A stretch of 64,000 nucleotides of DNA from an uncultured Muribaculaceae bacterium (GCA_964447275.1 CAYURI010000001.1:2164-66163), one strand, 5' to 3'; shown: positions 8,786 through 20,083, counted from the first letter of the stretch. The notes: a model not told the origin generated them from the letters alone. Program-made: numbers and translations.

Positions 8786-11700
8786 CTACTATTAATTTAA
8801 CTAGTACTGGATTACCTCTTTTTACTACATACCCAAAGTCATTAGCAATTTTTTTATTATATTCCTGGCTACTTTTAACTAGCTTTAAAGAAAACTGATT
8901 ACCAAGCCCACTACCAAGCCAAATACCTTCATCATCTCTTATTAATAATTTATACCATTCTTCATACTCCAACTTTTTAACATTTTCAATTGTATTAACA
9001 ATAACATAGCTTATTTTATTAAATGTTTCACCATTTTTAATAATGTTTTTGAATTTTTCAATATAAGTTGGATCTAATTTCTTAAATAAATGAGTTGTAT
9101 CAATTATTATGCAAATTAAATGCTTTATATTCGCTAAAGATTTTAAATCGTAATTACTGTTTTTATACATTTCAGCCATTTTTTCGACATTAGCATTAAG
9201 ATTATCTATAAAACCATTGAAATTAGTATCAAAATAAATAATATCATCAGCAAATTTATCTTTAGAAAATATTTTTTTGGCATCAATTACCACAGTAATA
9301 TTTTTATTCATACTAGAAAACTGATTAATAAATGGTGGCATATAACTCATGATCGGTTCTTCATCATCAGCTGTTATTAAAGTCCCATAATTATTTTCAA
9401 AATTCCAATTAGCGATCTGTAATGATTCTTTTTCAATACCAAGAGGAACTAAAGAAATACCATTTTGAGCATAAGCGACTTCTTTTCTCGTAACTTTTTC
9501 TGGTAATACTGGAACTCCAGAAGCGACTTTTTGGTTTTTTGCTTTTAACTTTTTACAAATTATTTTTATATAATCATTAACCATATCTGGTTCATATGGG
9601 TAAGCAGTTTGAAACTCATTAATTTCATCAAATTTTACTAATCCTCTACCAACGGCTTTAGAAGGATATTTACCATGAACATTACCAAATATAGAATTGT
9701 AATCAGAATTATCATTTAATTCTAAAACTAGATTTTGTTTAAAGTTTTGTTTTAATTTATATCTAATGTTATTGGCACCTGATACTGTTATTAAGAAGAC
9801 AACACCATATTTTGGCCCTTCTCTTGTTAAAACCACAAACATGTCTTCTAATTGATCATATGTTTCACTAAAAACTTCAAAATTATTAATAATCGCAACT
9901 ATTAAAGGTAGTTTCTCAGCTGAATTTCGATTATAAGAAACAAAATCACCATTATATTTAGAAAACAGCTTCTTTCTTTCTTCAATTGTTCTAAATAAAG
10001 TTTTTAATAAATTTAAGGTTTTTTCTTCCTCATGTAATAACACCACATCACCAACTTGAGGAGCATCTTTGAAAGCTGTTAATGTTTCAGCACCAAAATC
10101 CATAATATAAAAGTTTACCTCTGAAGATGAATGCTCAATTATTGAAGAATAAATAACATCTGTTAATAATAAGCTCTTTCCACTGCCATTACTACCATAA
10201 ATAATGGTGTTCCCACCCGTGGTTAAGTTTAATGTCAATAAGCCTTGTTTTTGGTTATCTGGATCATCATATTCACCAATAATTGGATTAATTAAATCAG
10301 ATAATTTTTGATAATTGTATTTCTTACGTAAATTATCTACATAAATAATATTAGGAATTCGATTCAACCATAATTGTTTTGGTTCTATTTTCTCTTCCTT
10401 AGCAATATTTATAATATAATTAATAATATTTGGTAAAACTTCGCCATAATTTTTCATATCAAAAATATTCTTTTCTTCTTTAACATTTTTAATAATACTA
10501 CCAATATTATCAATAAAAGAAATATAAGGGTCAATTTTCTTTTTTAATTTATCAAGAGGAATATATTTTTCACCACACCAAGCTGATTGGCCTAAAGTAA
10601 ACATTTCATTATAGCCAACTTGAAGATAAAAGCGGCCAACATCTTTTAAATAAGCAGCTTCAGGCCGTTTTATCATATCATTACTATCAGATTGCTCTTG
10701 AACTTTTAAGCAAATTCTAAATCTACTATTACTCCAAATTTGATCATCAACTACCCCACTTGGTTTTTGAGTTGATAAGATTAAATGGATACCTAGGCTT
10801 CTACCAATTCTTGCCGCACTTATTAATTCGTCCATGAAATCTGGTTGCTGAGCTTTTAATTCAGCAAACTCATCACAAATAATAAATAAGTGGGAAATTG
10901 GTTCTTTTATGATTCCTTCACGATATAATCTTTGATATTTATATATATCAATTGTACTTTCATTTAATTTACCTTTTTCTTTTTTAAATAATTCCTGTCT
11001 TCTTCTAATTTCACTTTGAATAGAAGCTAATGATCTTTTCATTTCAATTGTATCTAAGTTAGTTATAGTTCCAACAATATGAGGTAGTTTTATACCCAAT
11101 TCGCGGTTTTCAAAAGCTCCAGCAATACCACCGCCTTTATAGTCAATTAAAATGAATGTTACTTCATCAGGATGAAAGTTTACCGCCATAGATAAAATAT
11201 AAGTAATAATAAGTTCACTTTTACCACTACCTGTCATACCAGCAATTAAACCATGAGGTCCATGGAATTTTTCATGTAAATCTAATTTAATTAAATTACC
11301 AAATTCATCGATGCCAATTGGAGTTTGTAAACTCATAAAAGGCGAATTTGTCTCCCAACGATTTTTTATATTTAGTTGTTCGATCTTACCAATATTATAC
11401 ATCTCCAAAAAGCCATAAGTAGTTGGTAGTGTTTCAGCTCCTTTAGGAATTTCAAGTGGTGTACTTGCCAATACCTGAGAACATTCTTCTAAATGCAATT
11501 CTTCATTAATATCAGCAATAAACTGAACTTGTTTTTCCGAAGTTAAATCATTTTCAATTATTCCTGATTTTAAGTCATCCCCTACTGAAACAAAATTAAC
11601 GCATTCATTAGGCAAATTAGCTAATCTGTTATTAAGAATTATTAAAGAGAAGCCAACGTTGCTTGTTGCACTTAAAATACTTTTAATAATTTCTAAATCA

Positions 11701-13373
11701 CGATATTTTTTTATATCATCAGTAAAAATAACAAAATGAGGACTATAATTATTGTTTTTTTCAGCACTTTCATCTTTTCTTTGTTGAATAATGTTTTCTA
11801 AATAACTAGATATTTGTTTGGCATCATCTAAATTAGTACCAAAAAATCTAATTGATTTATTGCTATTCCAAGAGTGAGGAAGGACTTTTAAATAATCCCA
11901 ATGATTTTTTGTATTATCAGTAAAAACAATAATTTTTAAGTCATCAGGGCTATGAAAAGCCATTAATTGTAGCAAAACTCCATCAAAGAACTTTTGAACT
12001 GTATCTAAGTTGCCAACAATCGCCGAAATAGGTTTTTTAGCAAAAGAAAAATGAACTGGAGCATCGGGAATATTTTTATAATTATTTTTAATCGCTACTA
12101 GCGGTTTAATTAAATTATCAGTTTCTAAAGAAAACTTTTCTTCAGGTACTTGAATATTTATTTCTGAAGGTACTGGACCAATACCAAATCTAATATCTAA
12201 AAAATCTTCATGAAAAGGTTCTCTTTCCCATAAAGTTTTTTGTTTATTTATAATGATATTTCTTACTTCATTTAAATTTTGAAACTTTTCATTCAGAATC
12301 TGACGTTGAATACTAATAATAGTTTTAATTTCTTGATTCTTTTCTTCAATATATTTAGAATATAGTTCTTGACGTTTTTTTTCGCGAGCTATTTTTTGTT
12401 TTTTTTCTAACTTTTTACTTAACATTGGCCACATAATCATTGTTATTAACATCGATGAAGCAATTAAAAGCGATGGAATTGCCGTTGTTAAAGATTTGCC
12501 TTGTGAAATAACACTGTTTATTGATGTAAAAGCTGTTACTGCTGAAGTCATTCCCATTGTTAAAGCTGGCCCAACAACATATATTAAAGGCATTTCTTGC
12601 ATATTTTCTTTAGGTGGAACAGGATCAATTATTATTTCAGCTTTTTCAATATTACCTTTAAATCTTGGTGATTTATAATAATAATCATCTTTTTTATAAA
12701 TTTCAATGTCTTCATCATCATCACTAGCTTCTTCGATAGCCTTTTGACTAGGATATTTTTTTATTTCAAAAAAGTTACCTTTTAGTTTCAAATTATTTTT
12801 AGGATTATTAATAAATAAATTATCTAATAAAACAATTATTTTTAATCCCATGATAAAAATAACATCACCATATTTTAAATCACTGGTTTTTAAATTTTCA
12901 CCATTTATATAAAAACCATTATCACTTTTTAAATCAATTATTGACCATTTTTTTTCTTTATAACTTAATTTACAATGATTAGCATTAACCAAAGAAGAAT
13001 TAAAAATAATGTTATTATCTTCACTATTACCAATCGTTATTTCACCTTCACTTTTTATTGCCATTTGAAAATAAGAAGGATCATTTATAGGGCTACAATA
13101 AATCAAAATGATCTCACCATTTTTTAATTTTAATTCATAAAATTCATAATTATTTAAAAAAATTTCGTTAACTTTTTCTTTATTAAATAAAATCGTAACT
13201 TCAGCATCACTTTTTATTAGCCATTTATCATTTACCGCTTCAATTATAATTAGTGGTCTTTCATTGCCGTTAGCGTCTTTATCACTAAGCCAAAAACTGC
13301 CATATACTTTTATAGGCAACAATTGATCAGCAATTTGATTTTTTTTGATAATTGAAATTCTCACCGCTAACAC
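8745..13373 (-). CDS. essC: Type VII secretion FtsK/SpoIIIE-family ATPase EssC (YukB)
   Basis: 1542 aa with an apparent GTG start. It has N-terminal FHA-like repeats, two TM helices and three FtsK-like P-loop domains. The first domain carries LHEKFHGPHGLIAGMTGSGKSE...LIDYKGGG...HLFIICDEFAELK...GRSLGIHLILSTQKPSGVVD, near-identical to S. aureus EssC D1 motifs. Degenerate Walker A copies follow (GSNGSGKS). Confidence 0.9.
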   Translation of the reverse strand: MLAVRISIIKKNQIADQLLPIKVYGSFWLSDKDANGNERPLIIIEAVNDKWLIKSDAEVTILFNKEKVNEIFLNNYEFYELKLKNGEIILIYCSPINDPSYFQMAIKSEGEITIGNSEDNNIIFNSSLVNANHCKLSYKEKKWSIIDLKSDNGFYINGENLKTSDLKYGDVIFIMGLKIIVLLDNLFINNPKNNLKLKGNFFEIKKYPSQKAIEEASDDDEDIEIYKKDDYYYKSPRFKGNIEKAEIIIDPVPPKENMQEMPLIYVVGPALTMGMTSAVTAFTSINSVISQGKSLTTAIPSLLIASSMLITMIMWPMLSKKLEKKQKIAREKKRQELYSKYIEEKNQEIKTIISIQRQILNEKFQNLNEVRNIIINKQKTLWEREPFHEDFLDIRFGIGPVPSEINIQVPEEKFSLETDNLIKPLVAIKNNYKNIPDAPVHFSFAKKPISAIVGNLDTVQKFFDGVLLQLMAFHSPDDLKIIVFTDNTKNHWDYLKVLPHSWNSNKSIRFFGTNLDDAKQISSYLENIIQQRKDESAEKNNNYSPHFVIFTDDIKKYRDLEIIKSILSATSNVGFSLIILNNRLANLPNECVNFVSVGDDLKSGIIENDLTSEKQVQFIADINEELHLEECSQVLASTPLEIPKGAETLPTTYGFLEMYNIGKIEQLNIKNRWETNSPFMSLQTPIGIDEFGNLIKLDLHEKFHGPHGLIAGMTGSGKSELIITYILSMAVNFHPDEVTFILIDYKGGGIAGAFENRELGIKLPHIVGTITNLDTIEMKRSLASIQSEIRRRQELFKKEKGKLNESTIDIYKYQRLYREGIIKEPISHLFIICDEFAELKAQQPDFMDELISAARIGRSLGIHLILSTQKPSGVVDDQIWSNSRFRICLKVQEQSDSNDMIKRPEAAYLKDVGRFYLQVGYNEMFTLGQSAWCGEKYIPLDKLKKKIDPYISFIDNIGSIIKNVKEEKNIFDMKNYGEVLPNIINYIINIAKEEKIEPKQLWLNRIPNIIYVDNLRKKYNYQKLSDLINPIIGEYDDPDNQKQGLLTLNLTTGGNTIIYGSNGSGKSLLLTDVIYSSIIEHSSSEVNFYIMDFGAETLTAFKDAPQVGDVVLLHEEEKTLNLLKTLFRTIEERKKLFSKYNGDFVSYNRNSAEKLPLIVAIINNFEVFSETYDQLEDMFVVLTREGPKYGVVFLITVSGANNIRYKLKQNFKQNLVLELNDNSDYNSIFGNVHGKYPSKAVGRGLVKFDEINEFQTAYPYEPDMVNDYIKIICKKLKAKNQKVASGVPVLPEKVTRKEVAYAQNGISLVPLGIEKESLQIANWNFENNYGTLITADDEEPIMSYMPPFINQFSSMNKNITVVIDAKKIFSKDKFADDIIYFDTNFNGFIDNLNANVEKMAEMYKNSNYDLKSLANIKHLICIIIDTTHLFKKLDPTYIEKFKNIIKNGETFNKISYVIVNTIENVKKLEYEEWYKLLIRDDEGIWLGSGLGNQFSLKLVKSSQEYNKKIANDFGYVVKRGNPVLVKLIVDDSKGGNNEQNIN

Positions 13374-13454
13374 CTTACTATTCTTTTACTATGGTAAGTA
13401 TATCAAAATAATATTTTTATATCAATAAAAAAGCAAATTATTATTAAGAATGAT

Positions 13455-14384
13455 TTATTTCTGATTAATATCTATAAATCTTTTTATGCTTGACCAATAT
13501 TTTTTATAACCCATCCAATAACTAGACCCATGGCCAGCAGCTTTTATAAGAAGCTTTGACTTTACGCCATTTTTCCTCTTATATAACTCATATAGCATAG
13601 AAGAAGGAACAAAAGTATCTTTCCCACCATGAATAAATAGCATTGGAACTTTTGATCTTTCCACTGCATTTAATGGTTTTACGTTTTCTAACCAATATCC
13701 TGCCCTTATTTTAGTAATTAGACTTAAAATAGGGATTAATGGAAAAGATGGTAATTTATATAATACTTTGGCTTGATAAGAAAATTCCTTAGTTATGCTA
13801 CTATAACCACAATCTTCAATTATCCCCTTAGCATTATCTGGAAGTTTTTCTCCTGAAGCCATCATTACTGTTGAAGCCCCCATGGAAGCGCCAAATAAAA
13901 ATATTTTTATATCTTTATATGTTCTATTTAAAAATTCAAGCCATTTAATTAAATCAAACTTATCTAAGTAGCCAAGACCAATAAAACTTCCTTCACTTTT
14001 ACCACAAGCTCTAGCATCTATGAGTAACAGATTATAACCTAAATTATAAAATAATTTAGCTCCAGGAATAACAGAATTAATATTACCAAAATAGCCATGA
14101 CTAATTGTAACCCAAATATTACTCATTTTATTTTCAATAATTACTCCATGTAATTTGAGATTGTCATGAGATTTAATATAAACTTCTTTTTTATCGATTT
14201 TCTCATACCATAGTTTACCTTCTTCGATTAGTTTTTGGCGAAAATCTGAATCAGGTAATTTATTATGTTCAGCATCAAAAATAAATGCTTTATCTTTTTT
14301 AGCATTTATTGCAATATTGAAAAAATAATTAGCTAAAATAAACAGCATAATTAAAATCAAAACCATTATTGAAATCCAAATCAT
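13455..14384 (-). CDS. Membrane-anchored alpha/beta hydrolase
   Basis: 309 aa. N-terminal TM, GASMGAST (GxSxG nucleophile elbow) and HGG motif. Confidence 0.65.
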   Translation of the reverse strand: MIWISIMVLILIMLFILANYFFNIAINAKKDKAFIFDAEHNKLPDSDFRQKLIEEGKLWYEKIDKKEVYIKSHDNLKLHGVIIENKMSNIWVTISHGYFGNINSVIPGAKLFYNLGYNLLLIDARACGKSEGSFIGLGYLDKFDLIKWLEFLNRTYKDIKIFLFGASMGASTVMMASGEKLPDNAKGIIEDCGYSSITKEFSYQAKVLYKLPSFPLIPILSLITKIRAGYWLENVKPLNAVERSKVPMLFIHGGKDTFVPSSMLYELYKRKNGVKSKLLIKAAGHGSSYWMGYKKYWSSIKRFIDINQK

Positions 14385-14397
14385 AAATTCTCCTTTA

Positions 14398-15243
14398 TTA
14401 TTTTAATTTTTCAAATATAACAACATGGGAATGCCCAGTAAATCTTTTTTTGCATTCCTCATAAGTAATATTATCCTTTGTTATTTCAATATATTTTTCA
14501 TAATGCCTTTGTTCAACTTTAGTCTTTTTGTAACAATAAATTCTTAAATCATATTTATTTGCCATCCAGTTAAAAGTTTGTTTTGAAAATTCAAACTGAT
14601 GATGGGGAGGATAATGTAATTCCCCTTTTCCTGTTATTGCTAAGATGCTCTCTGGATCAGGCGTTCCAATAATTAGTTTGCCACCTTTTCTTAAAAGCTT
14701 AATATTTTCTTTAATAAACTTTTTTGTACCAAAAACATGTTCTAATACTTCATGATGACAAACAACATCAAATTTACTTTTCATCATTTTTATTGGTTTC
14801 GATATAACATTTAAACCCTTACTTTGACATAGTTTTACTGCGTTTTTATTGTATTCATTACCGATTACATTTGGAACAAAATTATTTATATATTCTAAAA
14901 AAGAACCATTACCAGAGCCTATTTCCATTAAATCTTTAGGATTAATTTTTTTAATAATTTCTAATGCTATTTTATAAGTTGGCCTAAAAACTGGATAATA
15001 GCCATCTACTTTTTCTAAATTTTCATATAATTTTTTAGAATCTGATATATGATAATTATAATAATATAATCCACAATTATCGCATTTTCTTTTTATTAAT
15101 ACTTTATTATTATAAATTATTGATATTGGATTGAATCCTCGTTTACTTACCCACATATCAATCAAATCATTAATATAAATACTTTTTACTTCTTTATAAT
15201 TTTTTGAATTGCATAGTGGGCATCTTTTAATTTCTTTTATCAT
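14398..15243 (-). CDS. Class I SAM-dependent methyltransferase with N-terminal Cys4 zinc ribbon
   Basis: True start is MIKEIKRCPLCN at 15243. The 48-codon upstream extension in the ORF track is the translation of the tRNA-Leu gene. CxxC...CxxC followed by a Rossmann MTase (EIGSGNGSF). Confidence 0.6.
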   Translation of the reverse strand: MIKEIKRCPLCNSKNYKEVKSIYINDLIDMWVSKRGFNPISIIYNNKVLIKRKCDNCGLYYYNYHISDSKKLYENLEKVDGYYPVFRPTYKIALEIIKKINPKDLMEIGSGNGSFLEYINNFVPNVIGNEYNKNAVKLCQSKGLNVISKPIKMMKSKFDVVCHHEVLEHVFGTKKFIKENIKLLRKGGKLIIGTPDPESILAITGKGELHYPPHHQFEFSKQTFNWMANKYDLRIYCYKKTKVEQRHYEKYIEITKDNITYEECKKRFTGHSHVVIFEKLK

Positions 15244-15264
15244 ACAATCTCCTAAGCTATTAAT

Positions 15265-15350
<86 letters not shown>

Positions 15351-15383
15351 TTAAAAAAATTATATCATTATAATATAATTTTC

Positions 15384-17561
15384 TCAATCTTCACTATTTT
15401 CTTCTTCAGTGGTAGTAACGGGATTTAAATAACTTTCATATTTATTGTTAAGTTTGAATGTTAAGGTGCTTTTTAAATCTATTGATGATCCTGGTAATAA
15501 AGATGTTTCATAAACATAGCCATAACCATCATATTCACATTTTAGCTTAATAAAGTTACAATAATTTTTTATTTCATTAGTTGTCCAACCAATTACATTT
15601 GGTAACGTATAATTAGTTCCATTAGTTAATAAATATAATTTATCATTAGCAATCATTTCCGTATTCTTTTTGGGGAATTGATCAATTATTTTAGTTCCAT
15701 CACCAATTATAATTGGCGTTATACCTAAAGCTTCTAATGCTGTTTTGGCTTCTTCAGTATTTTTACTAATGTAAGAACTAATTTTAATAACTTTAGATAC
15801 TTCTTTTTCTGTTTCTGTAATGTTTTTATAGGTGGCAATATCATCAACAATGCCTGATACCATATTAGCAACTGTTTTTAAAGAACCAACTAATTGTTTA
15901 ACCGAAACATAAACAATGTATTCAGGATCTTCATAAGGGAAAAGTCCGGCAAAACTACGAATATAATTATATTCGCCAGTCAAATAGCCACCACTACTAG
16001 AAGGTATTTGGGCTGTACCAGTTTTACCAATTAAAGTAACCGTTTTCGGTTGATAATATTTAGCAGTTGTTAATCCACTATAAACAACATCTTTCATCAT
16101 ATCTTTTAATTTATTAATAGTCTCACTACTAGCTACTTTTTTCACTTCAGTTTTTTTAGATTTATATAATACTTCACCAGTATCATGATCAACTATTTTA
16201 TCAACAATGTATGGTTTTAACATCATACCATCATTAGCTAATGCTGTTAAAGCTTGAATATTTTGAATTGGAGTGGTTGTAATTCCTTGGCCAAAAGCAG
16301 CATTAGATATTTCAATATCATATTTAAAATTAATTGTCCCCGCTGATTCATTAGGTAGTTCAATTCCTGTTTTAGAACCAAACCCTAACAATTCATAATA
16401 AGCTTTTAAACGATCCTTACCAAGTTTTTGAGCTAGTTTAGCAGCAGCAACATTTGAAGAGTAAGAAAAGCCCTGATCATAAGTAATTACACCCCAACCA
16501 ACATTATTAAAATCTTTAATAGTAATATCACCGATATTTAGAGTTCCTGATTGATACGTATCAGTACCATTATAAACACCATTTTCCATGGCTGCCATAA
16601 AAGAAAATACCTTCATTGTACTTCCTGGTTCATAAGCATATTGAGTAAGTGGTGTTAAATAACTATTAATGTCTAGTGTATTAGGATCAAAGCTAGGTGA
16701 TGAAGCACTACCAACAATTGCGCCAGTTTTAGCATCAGCTACCGTAATTGTCATCCAAGCCAAATCATAAGCATCGTCAATTTCTTTAACCGCATTTTCT
16801 AGTTTTAATTGAATAGTATTATCAATTGTTAAGAAAATATCAGCCCCATCAATTGGCTCATCTGTAATTGATGGCGTATTAGGAATTTGATAACCATAAG
16901 CATCTTTTTGATACTCAGTATAACCATCAGTTCCAGCTAGATAATTATCATAATAAGCTTCTATACCCATTTCACCAATTATTTTCCCACTATCATTTTT
17001 CTTGGCATAACCAAGAACATAGGAAGCAAAGTTCCCCATTTGATAATATCTTTTTGTGCTAGAAACAAATCCTATTCCTGGTAAATTGGCTTTTTCAATT
17101 TCTTCTTTGACAAGCTCAGTTATCCCTCTACCACTAGGTCCTAGTTCCACTTGATAAGCATCTTTATTTAATAAAGCTAAAATATCGTCTTTAGTCATTT
17201 TATTATTCTTGATATATTTATTAAATATTTCATATAATTTATTAGCAGTATTTTCTTTATCTACTACATGCTCCGGATTATTTTTATTAGTAGTTCTACT
17301 TTCTTCTAAGAAAGCTATTACTGTATAAGAATTAACATTTTGAGCAAGAACTTCCCCACTTATATCATAAATGGTCCCTCTTGCTGCATACAAAGTGGTT
17401 TTTACGGTATCACGATTCTTAGCAAAAGCTTTTAAATCAACGCCATCAACATTATGAGTAATAGCAATAAAAACCATCTTAATGATTATTAAACCAAATA
17501 AAAAAACAATACCAAGAAGAAAAATATTATTGATTTTTACTGTATTGTTTTTATTTTTCAT
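15384..17561 (-). CDS. ftsI: Class B penicillin-binding protein (FtsI/PBP2B-type transpeptidase)
   Basis: 725 aa. N-terminal TM, dimerisation domain, and transpeptidase motifs STMK (SxxK), SSN (SxN) and KTGT. It follows ftsL in the dcw cluster. Confidence 0.85.
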   Translation of the reverse strand: MKNKNNTVKINNIFLLGIVFLFGLIIIKMVFIAITHNVDGVDLKAFAKNRDTVKTTLYAARGTIYDISGEVLAQNVNSYTVIAFLEESRTTNKNNPEHVVDKENTANKLYEIFNKYIKNNKMTKDDILALLNKDAYQVELGPSGRGITELVKEEIEKANLPGIGFVSSTKRYYQMGNFASYVLGYAKKNDSGKIIGEMGIEAYYDNYLAGTDGYTEYQKDAYGYQIPNTPSITDEPIDGADIFLTIDNTIQLKLENAVKEIDDAYDLAWMTITVADAKTGAIVGSASSPSFDPNTLDINSYLTPLTQYAYEPGSTMKVFSFMAAMENGVYNGTDTYQSGTLNIGDITIKDFNNVGWGVITYDQGFSYSSNVAAAKLAQKLGKDRLKAYYELLGFGSKTGIELPNESAGTINFKYDIEISNAAFGQGITTTPIQNIQALTALANDGMMLKPYIVDKIVDHDTGEVLYKSKKTEVKKVASSETINKLKDMMKDVVYSGLTTAKYYQPKTVTLIGKTGTAQIPSSSGGYLTGEYNYIRSFAGLFPYEDPEYIVYVSVKQLVGSLKTVANMVSGIVDDIATYKNITETEKEVSKVIKISSYISKNTEEAKTALEALGITPIIIGDGTKIIDQFPKKNTEMIANDKLYLLTNGTNYTLPNVIGWTTNEIKNYCNFIKLKCEYDGYGYVYETSLLPGSSIDLKSTLTFKLNNKYESYLNPVTTTEEENSED

Positions 17562-17574
17562 ATAAATTACCTCA

Positions 17575-17871
17575 TTAGTTATTATTTATCGTTTTGATAT
17601 TACTATTATTATAAGATAATCCTTCCGCTTTTGCAATGTCTTGAATATTATCTAAAGATGCTAGTTCATTAATTTTCATATATAAGCTTTCATTTAAGCC
17701 GGTTTGTTTAGTTATTTTACTTTTAAGTCTTTCTACCTCAATATTTGTTTTAGTTAATGTTGCTTTAGAAAAAACTATTAACATCGGAGTCGCAATTAAC
17801 ATCATAAAAAGTATAAAAAACAAGAACTTCTCGCCTTTAAATAATTTTATTTTTGCTCCTCTTTGTTTCAT
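17575..17871 (-). CDS. ftsL: Cell division protein FtsL-like
   Basis: 98 aa bitopic protein (TM + coiled coil) located between rsmH and the PBP gene. Confidence 0.55.
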   Translation of the reverse strand: MKQRGAKIKLFKGEKFLFFILFMMLIATPMLIVFSKATLTKTNIEVERLKSKITKQTGLNESLYMKINELASLDNIQDIAKAEGLSYNNSNIKTINNN

Positions 17872-17873
17872 AT

Positions 17874-18815
17874 CTATAACCTCTCTATAACTCTTAACTT
17901 TGCACTTTTGCTTCGACTATTTTCATTTAGTTCTTCTAAGTCGGCAATTATTGGTTTTTTATTAATTAATTTAATAATTGGCTTATATTCTTCAGGTATT
18001 TCGTTTAAGCCTTTTACTAAAGGATCAATTTCACTATATTTATTAAATATTTGTTTAACTATTCTATCTTCTAAAGAATGAAATGTTATAACACATATTC
18101 TGCCACCCTTTTTAAGTAAGTTAATGGCATCGGGAAGGACTTTGGCAAGTGTTTCTAATTCTTTATTAACTTCAATTCTAATTGCTTGAAAAATCTTTCT
18201 TTCGGGATGATTTTGTATAAAGTATTTTACTGGTACAGAAGATTTAATTATTTCAACTAGTTCAGTCGTTCTTTCAATTGCCTTTACTTGTCTTCTTTCA
18301 ACTATCTTCTTAGCAATTACTTTAGAAAACCTTTCTTCTCCATAGGTGAAGAAAATATCCGTTAATTTGGTTAATTCATAATTATTTATGACATACTTGG
18401 CATCAAGTTTTTGTTCTTGATCCATCCGCATATCTAATATGGCATCTTTCATAAAGGTAAAGCCTCTACTAGCATCATCAATTTGGGGACTACTTAGTCC
18501 TAAATCAAAGATAATACCATCTACTTTATCAATTCCTTCTTTAAGAAGACATTCTTTTAAATTAACAAAGTTACTATGAATTAATTTAAAGTTTTGACCA
18601 ATACTAGATAACTCTTTTTGACTAAATGTAAGAGCCTCTTGATCTTGATCGAAGGCGAATAGGAAACCCCTTTTTAATTTCCTTAATATCTCTTTGCTGT
18701 GTCCAGCATAACCAAGTGTTGCATCTACGTATATACCATCACTACTAATATTTAATAACTCAATAGTTGTTTTTTTTAAAACACTATAATGCTTCATGAT
18801 TAGGTACTTCTTCAA
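17874..18815 (-). CDS. rsmH: 16S rRNA (cytosine1402-N4)-methyltransferase RsmH (MraW)
   Basis: 313 aa with [14 protein letters not shown] and FDLGLSS motifs. It follows mraZ. Confidence 0.9.
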   Translation of the reverse strand: MKKYLIMKHYSVLKKTTIELLNISSDGIYVDATLGYAGHSKEILRKLKRGFLFAFDQDQEALTFSQKELSSIGQNFKLIHSNFVNLKECLLKEGIDKVDGIIFDLGLSSPQIDDASRGFTFMKDAILDMRMDQEQKLDAKYVINNYELTKLTDIFFTYGEERFSKVIAKKIVERRQVKAIERTTELVEIIKSSVPVKYFIQNHPERKIFQAIRIEVNKELETLAKVLPDAINLLKKGGRICVITFHSLEDRIVKQIFNKYSEIDPLVKGLNEIPEEYKPIIKLINKKPIIADLEELNENSRSKSAKLRVIERL

Positions 18816-19230
18816 ATAGATGTTCAGCTATGTCGGCTAATTTATCTTCATTATCAGTGAAGAATTTGTCCCATCCCTCTTTTGACCAAACTTCTAGTCG
18901 GTCGTTTGCGCCGATTATCACAACTTCTTTGTTCAAATCGGCGTAACTAACCAATGGGGAGGTAATGTTAATTCGACCTTGTTTGTCAAATTCACATTCA
19001 GCAGCACCTGATAGAAAGAATCTAATAAAATCTCTGGCGTCTTTCTTAGTAAATGGTAGAGTTTTTAGCCTGCTTACAATACTATTCCATTCTGTTAATG
19101 AATAAATAAATAGACATTTTTCTAAGCCTCTAGTTACAATGAACTTTTCGCCCAATTCATAACGAAACTTAGATGGAATAATTAATCTGCCTTTGTCATC
19201 AATCGTATGATGATACTCGCCCATAAACAT
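18784..19230 (-). CDS. mraZ: Transcriptional regulator MraZ
   Basis: [23 protein letters not shown] is the duplicated MraZ/SpoVT-AbrB-like domain. The true start is most likely the MFMGEY Met at 19230. The longer ORF start at 19263 translates the operator repeats. Confidence 0.85.
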   Translation of the reverse strand: MFMGEYHHTIDDKGRLIIPSKFRYELGEKFIVTRGLEKCLFIYSLTEWNSIVSRLKTLPFTKKDARDFIRFFLSGAAECEFDKQGRINITSPLVSYADLNKEVVIIGANDRLEVWSKEGWDKFFTDNEDKLADIAEHLFEEVPNHEAL

Positions 19231-19234
19231 TGAA

Positions 19235-19290
19235 ATCCCCCACTTTCTACCACTATGTGGCACTTGCTACCACTATAATACACCACAACA
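19235..19290 (-). promoter_or_regulatory. Putative MraZ operator/promoter: GTGG direct repeats at about 10-bp periodicity
   Basis: The coding strand reads GTTGTGGTGTATTATAGTGGTAGCAAGTGCCACATAGTGGTAGAAAGTGGGGG, giving GTGG/GTGC repeats spaced 13, 10, 10 and 10 nt directly upstream of mraZ. MraZ is known to bind GTGG[G/T]-type direct repeats in its own promoter. Confidence 0.4.
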
Positions 19291-19320
19291 AAAAAAATGT
19301 AAAGTACTTTTTACATTTTT
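19288..19320 (-). terminator. Terminator after rpmF
   Basis: AAATGTAAA-gtactt-TTTACATTT hairpin flanked by A-runs and T-runs (a bidirectional design), located just downstream of the rpmF stop on the minus strand. Confidence 0.5.
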
Positions 19321-19343
19321 TTCTTTATTTACATTATTTTTTT

Positions 19344-19646
19344 TTACTTTGAAGTTGTTCTTGTTAAAGTTGCTTTTTTAGTTACTTTGCCAGGAGCTTT
19401 TTTAGTCTCTTTTTTAACAATTTTCTTTGCTTCCTTAACAGCCTTAACTTTCTTTTCTTCCTTAACTTCTTCTTTAGATGCGACTACTTCTTTACCTTTA
19501 TAATATCCACATTTTGGACACATTCTATGAGGTCTAATAGTTGCTTTACAGTTTGGACATATTACTAATGCTCCGACTTCTTTCTTTAAATGAGTACGAC
19601 GCATTCTCTTTTTTGTTTTACTTGTTCTTCTAAATGGAACTGCCAT
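19344..19646 (-). CDS. rpmF: 50S ribosomal protein L32 with Lys-rich C-terminal extension
   Basis: N-terminus [19 protein letters not shown] plus a CPNC...CPKC zinc ribbon. About 45 extra K/E/A-rich residues at the C-terminus make it 100 aa. Confidence 0.8.
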   Translation of the reverse strand: MAVPFRRTSKTKKRMRRTHLKKEVGALVICPNCKATIRPHRMCPKCGYYKGKEVVASKEEVKEEKKVKAVKEAKKIVKKETKKAPGKVTKKATLTRTTSK

Positions 19647-19672
19647 AGTATCTCTCCTTCCGTTTTGATAAT

Positions 19673-20083
19673 CTAATTATCTTTTAATTCCCAACCTTCC
19701 CCTTTTAAATTAATAGGGTTTTCATTATTAACAATTCTAATTGGTACTTCCAATAAAACATTTTCCCATAAAATGGGTTCAATATCAAGTATATTTTGCT
19801 TAATTTCATTATTTTCGTCTAGTTTTTCCTCAATTTCAACATTATATGGATAATCTATTAGTTCTAAAGTCCTACTATCTTTTAAAACCATTATACCTTT
19901 AGCTTCTAATTCTAAGTTGATGTTATTATTGAAATCTTTATAAATTCTGCCAAAAACTGTTATTTCTTTCAAATTAATAATATCAGTTTCTTGCCATAGT
20001 TCTTTTTTAATTAGAAACAAACCATTTATTTCTATTTCTTTTGCTTGATTATATATTAACTTTGTTAAATCAATTTTCATCAA
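19673..20083 (-). CDS. yceD: YceD/DUF177 family protein (large-subunit rRNA accumulation)
   Basis: 136 aa acidic protein immediately upstream of rpmF, the conserved yceD-rpmF arrangement. Confidence 0.55.
   Translation of the reverse strand: MMKIDLTKLIYNQAKEIEINGLFLIKKELWQETDIINLKEITVFGRIYKDFNNNINLELEAKGIMVLKDSRTLELIDYPYNVEIEEKLDENNEIKQNILDIEPILWENVLLEVPIRIVNNENPINLKGEGWELKDN

Noticed and set aside
4018-8795. Short plus-strand ORFs 4018..4260(-), 5814..6050, 6198..6437, 6532..6765, 7331..7777, 8029..8250 and 8460..8795, which overlap longer genes
   Set aside because: All lie inside or antisense to well-supported longer genes. They have low-complexity, Leu/Ile/Phe/Ser-rich translations typical of chance ORFs in AT-rich DNA and have no RBS.
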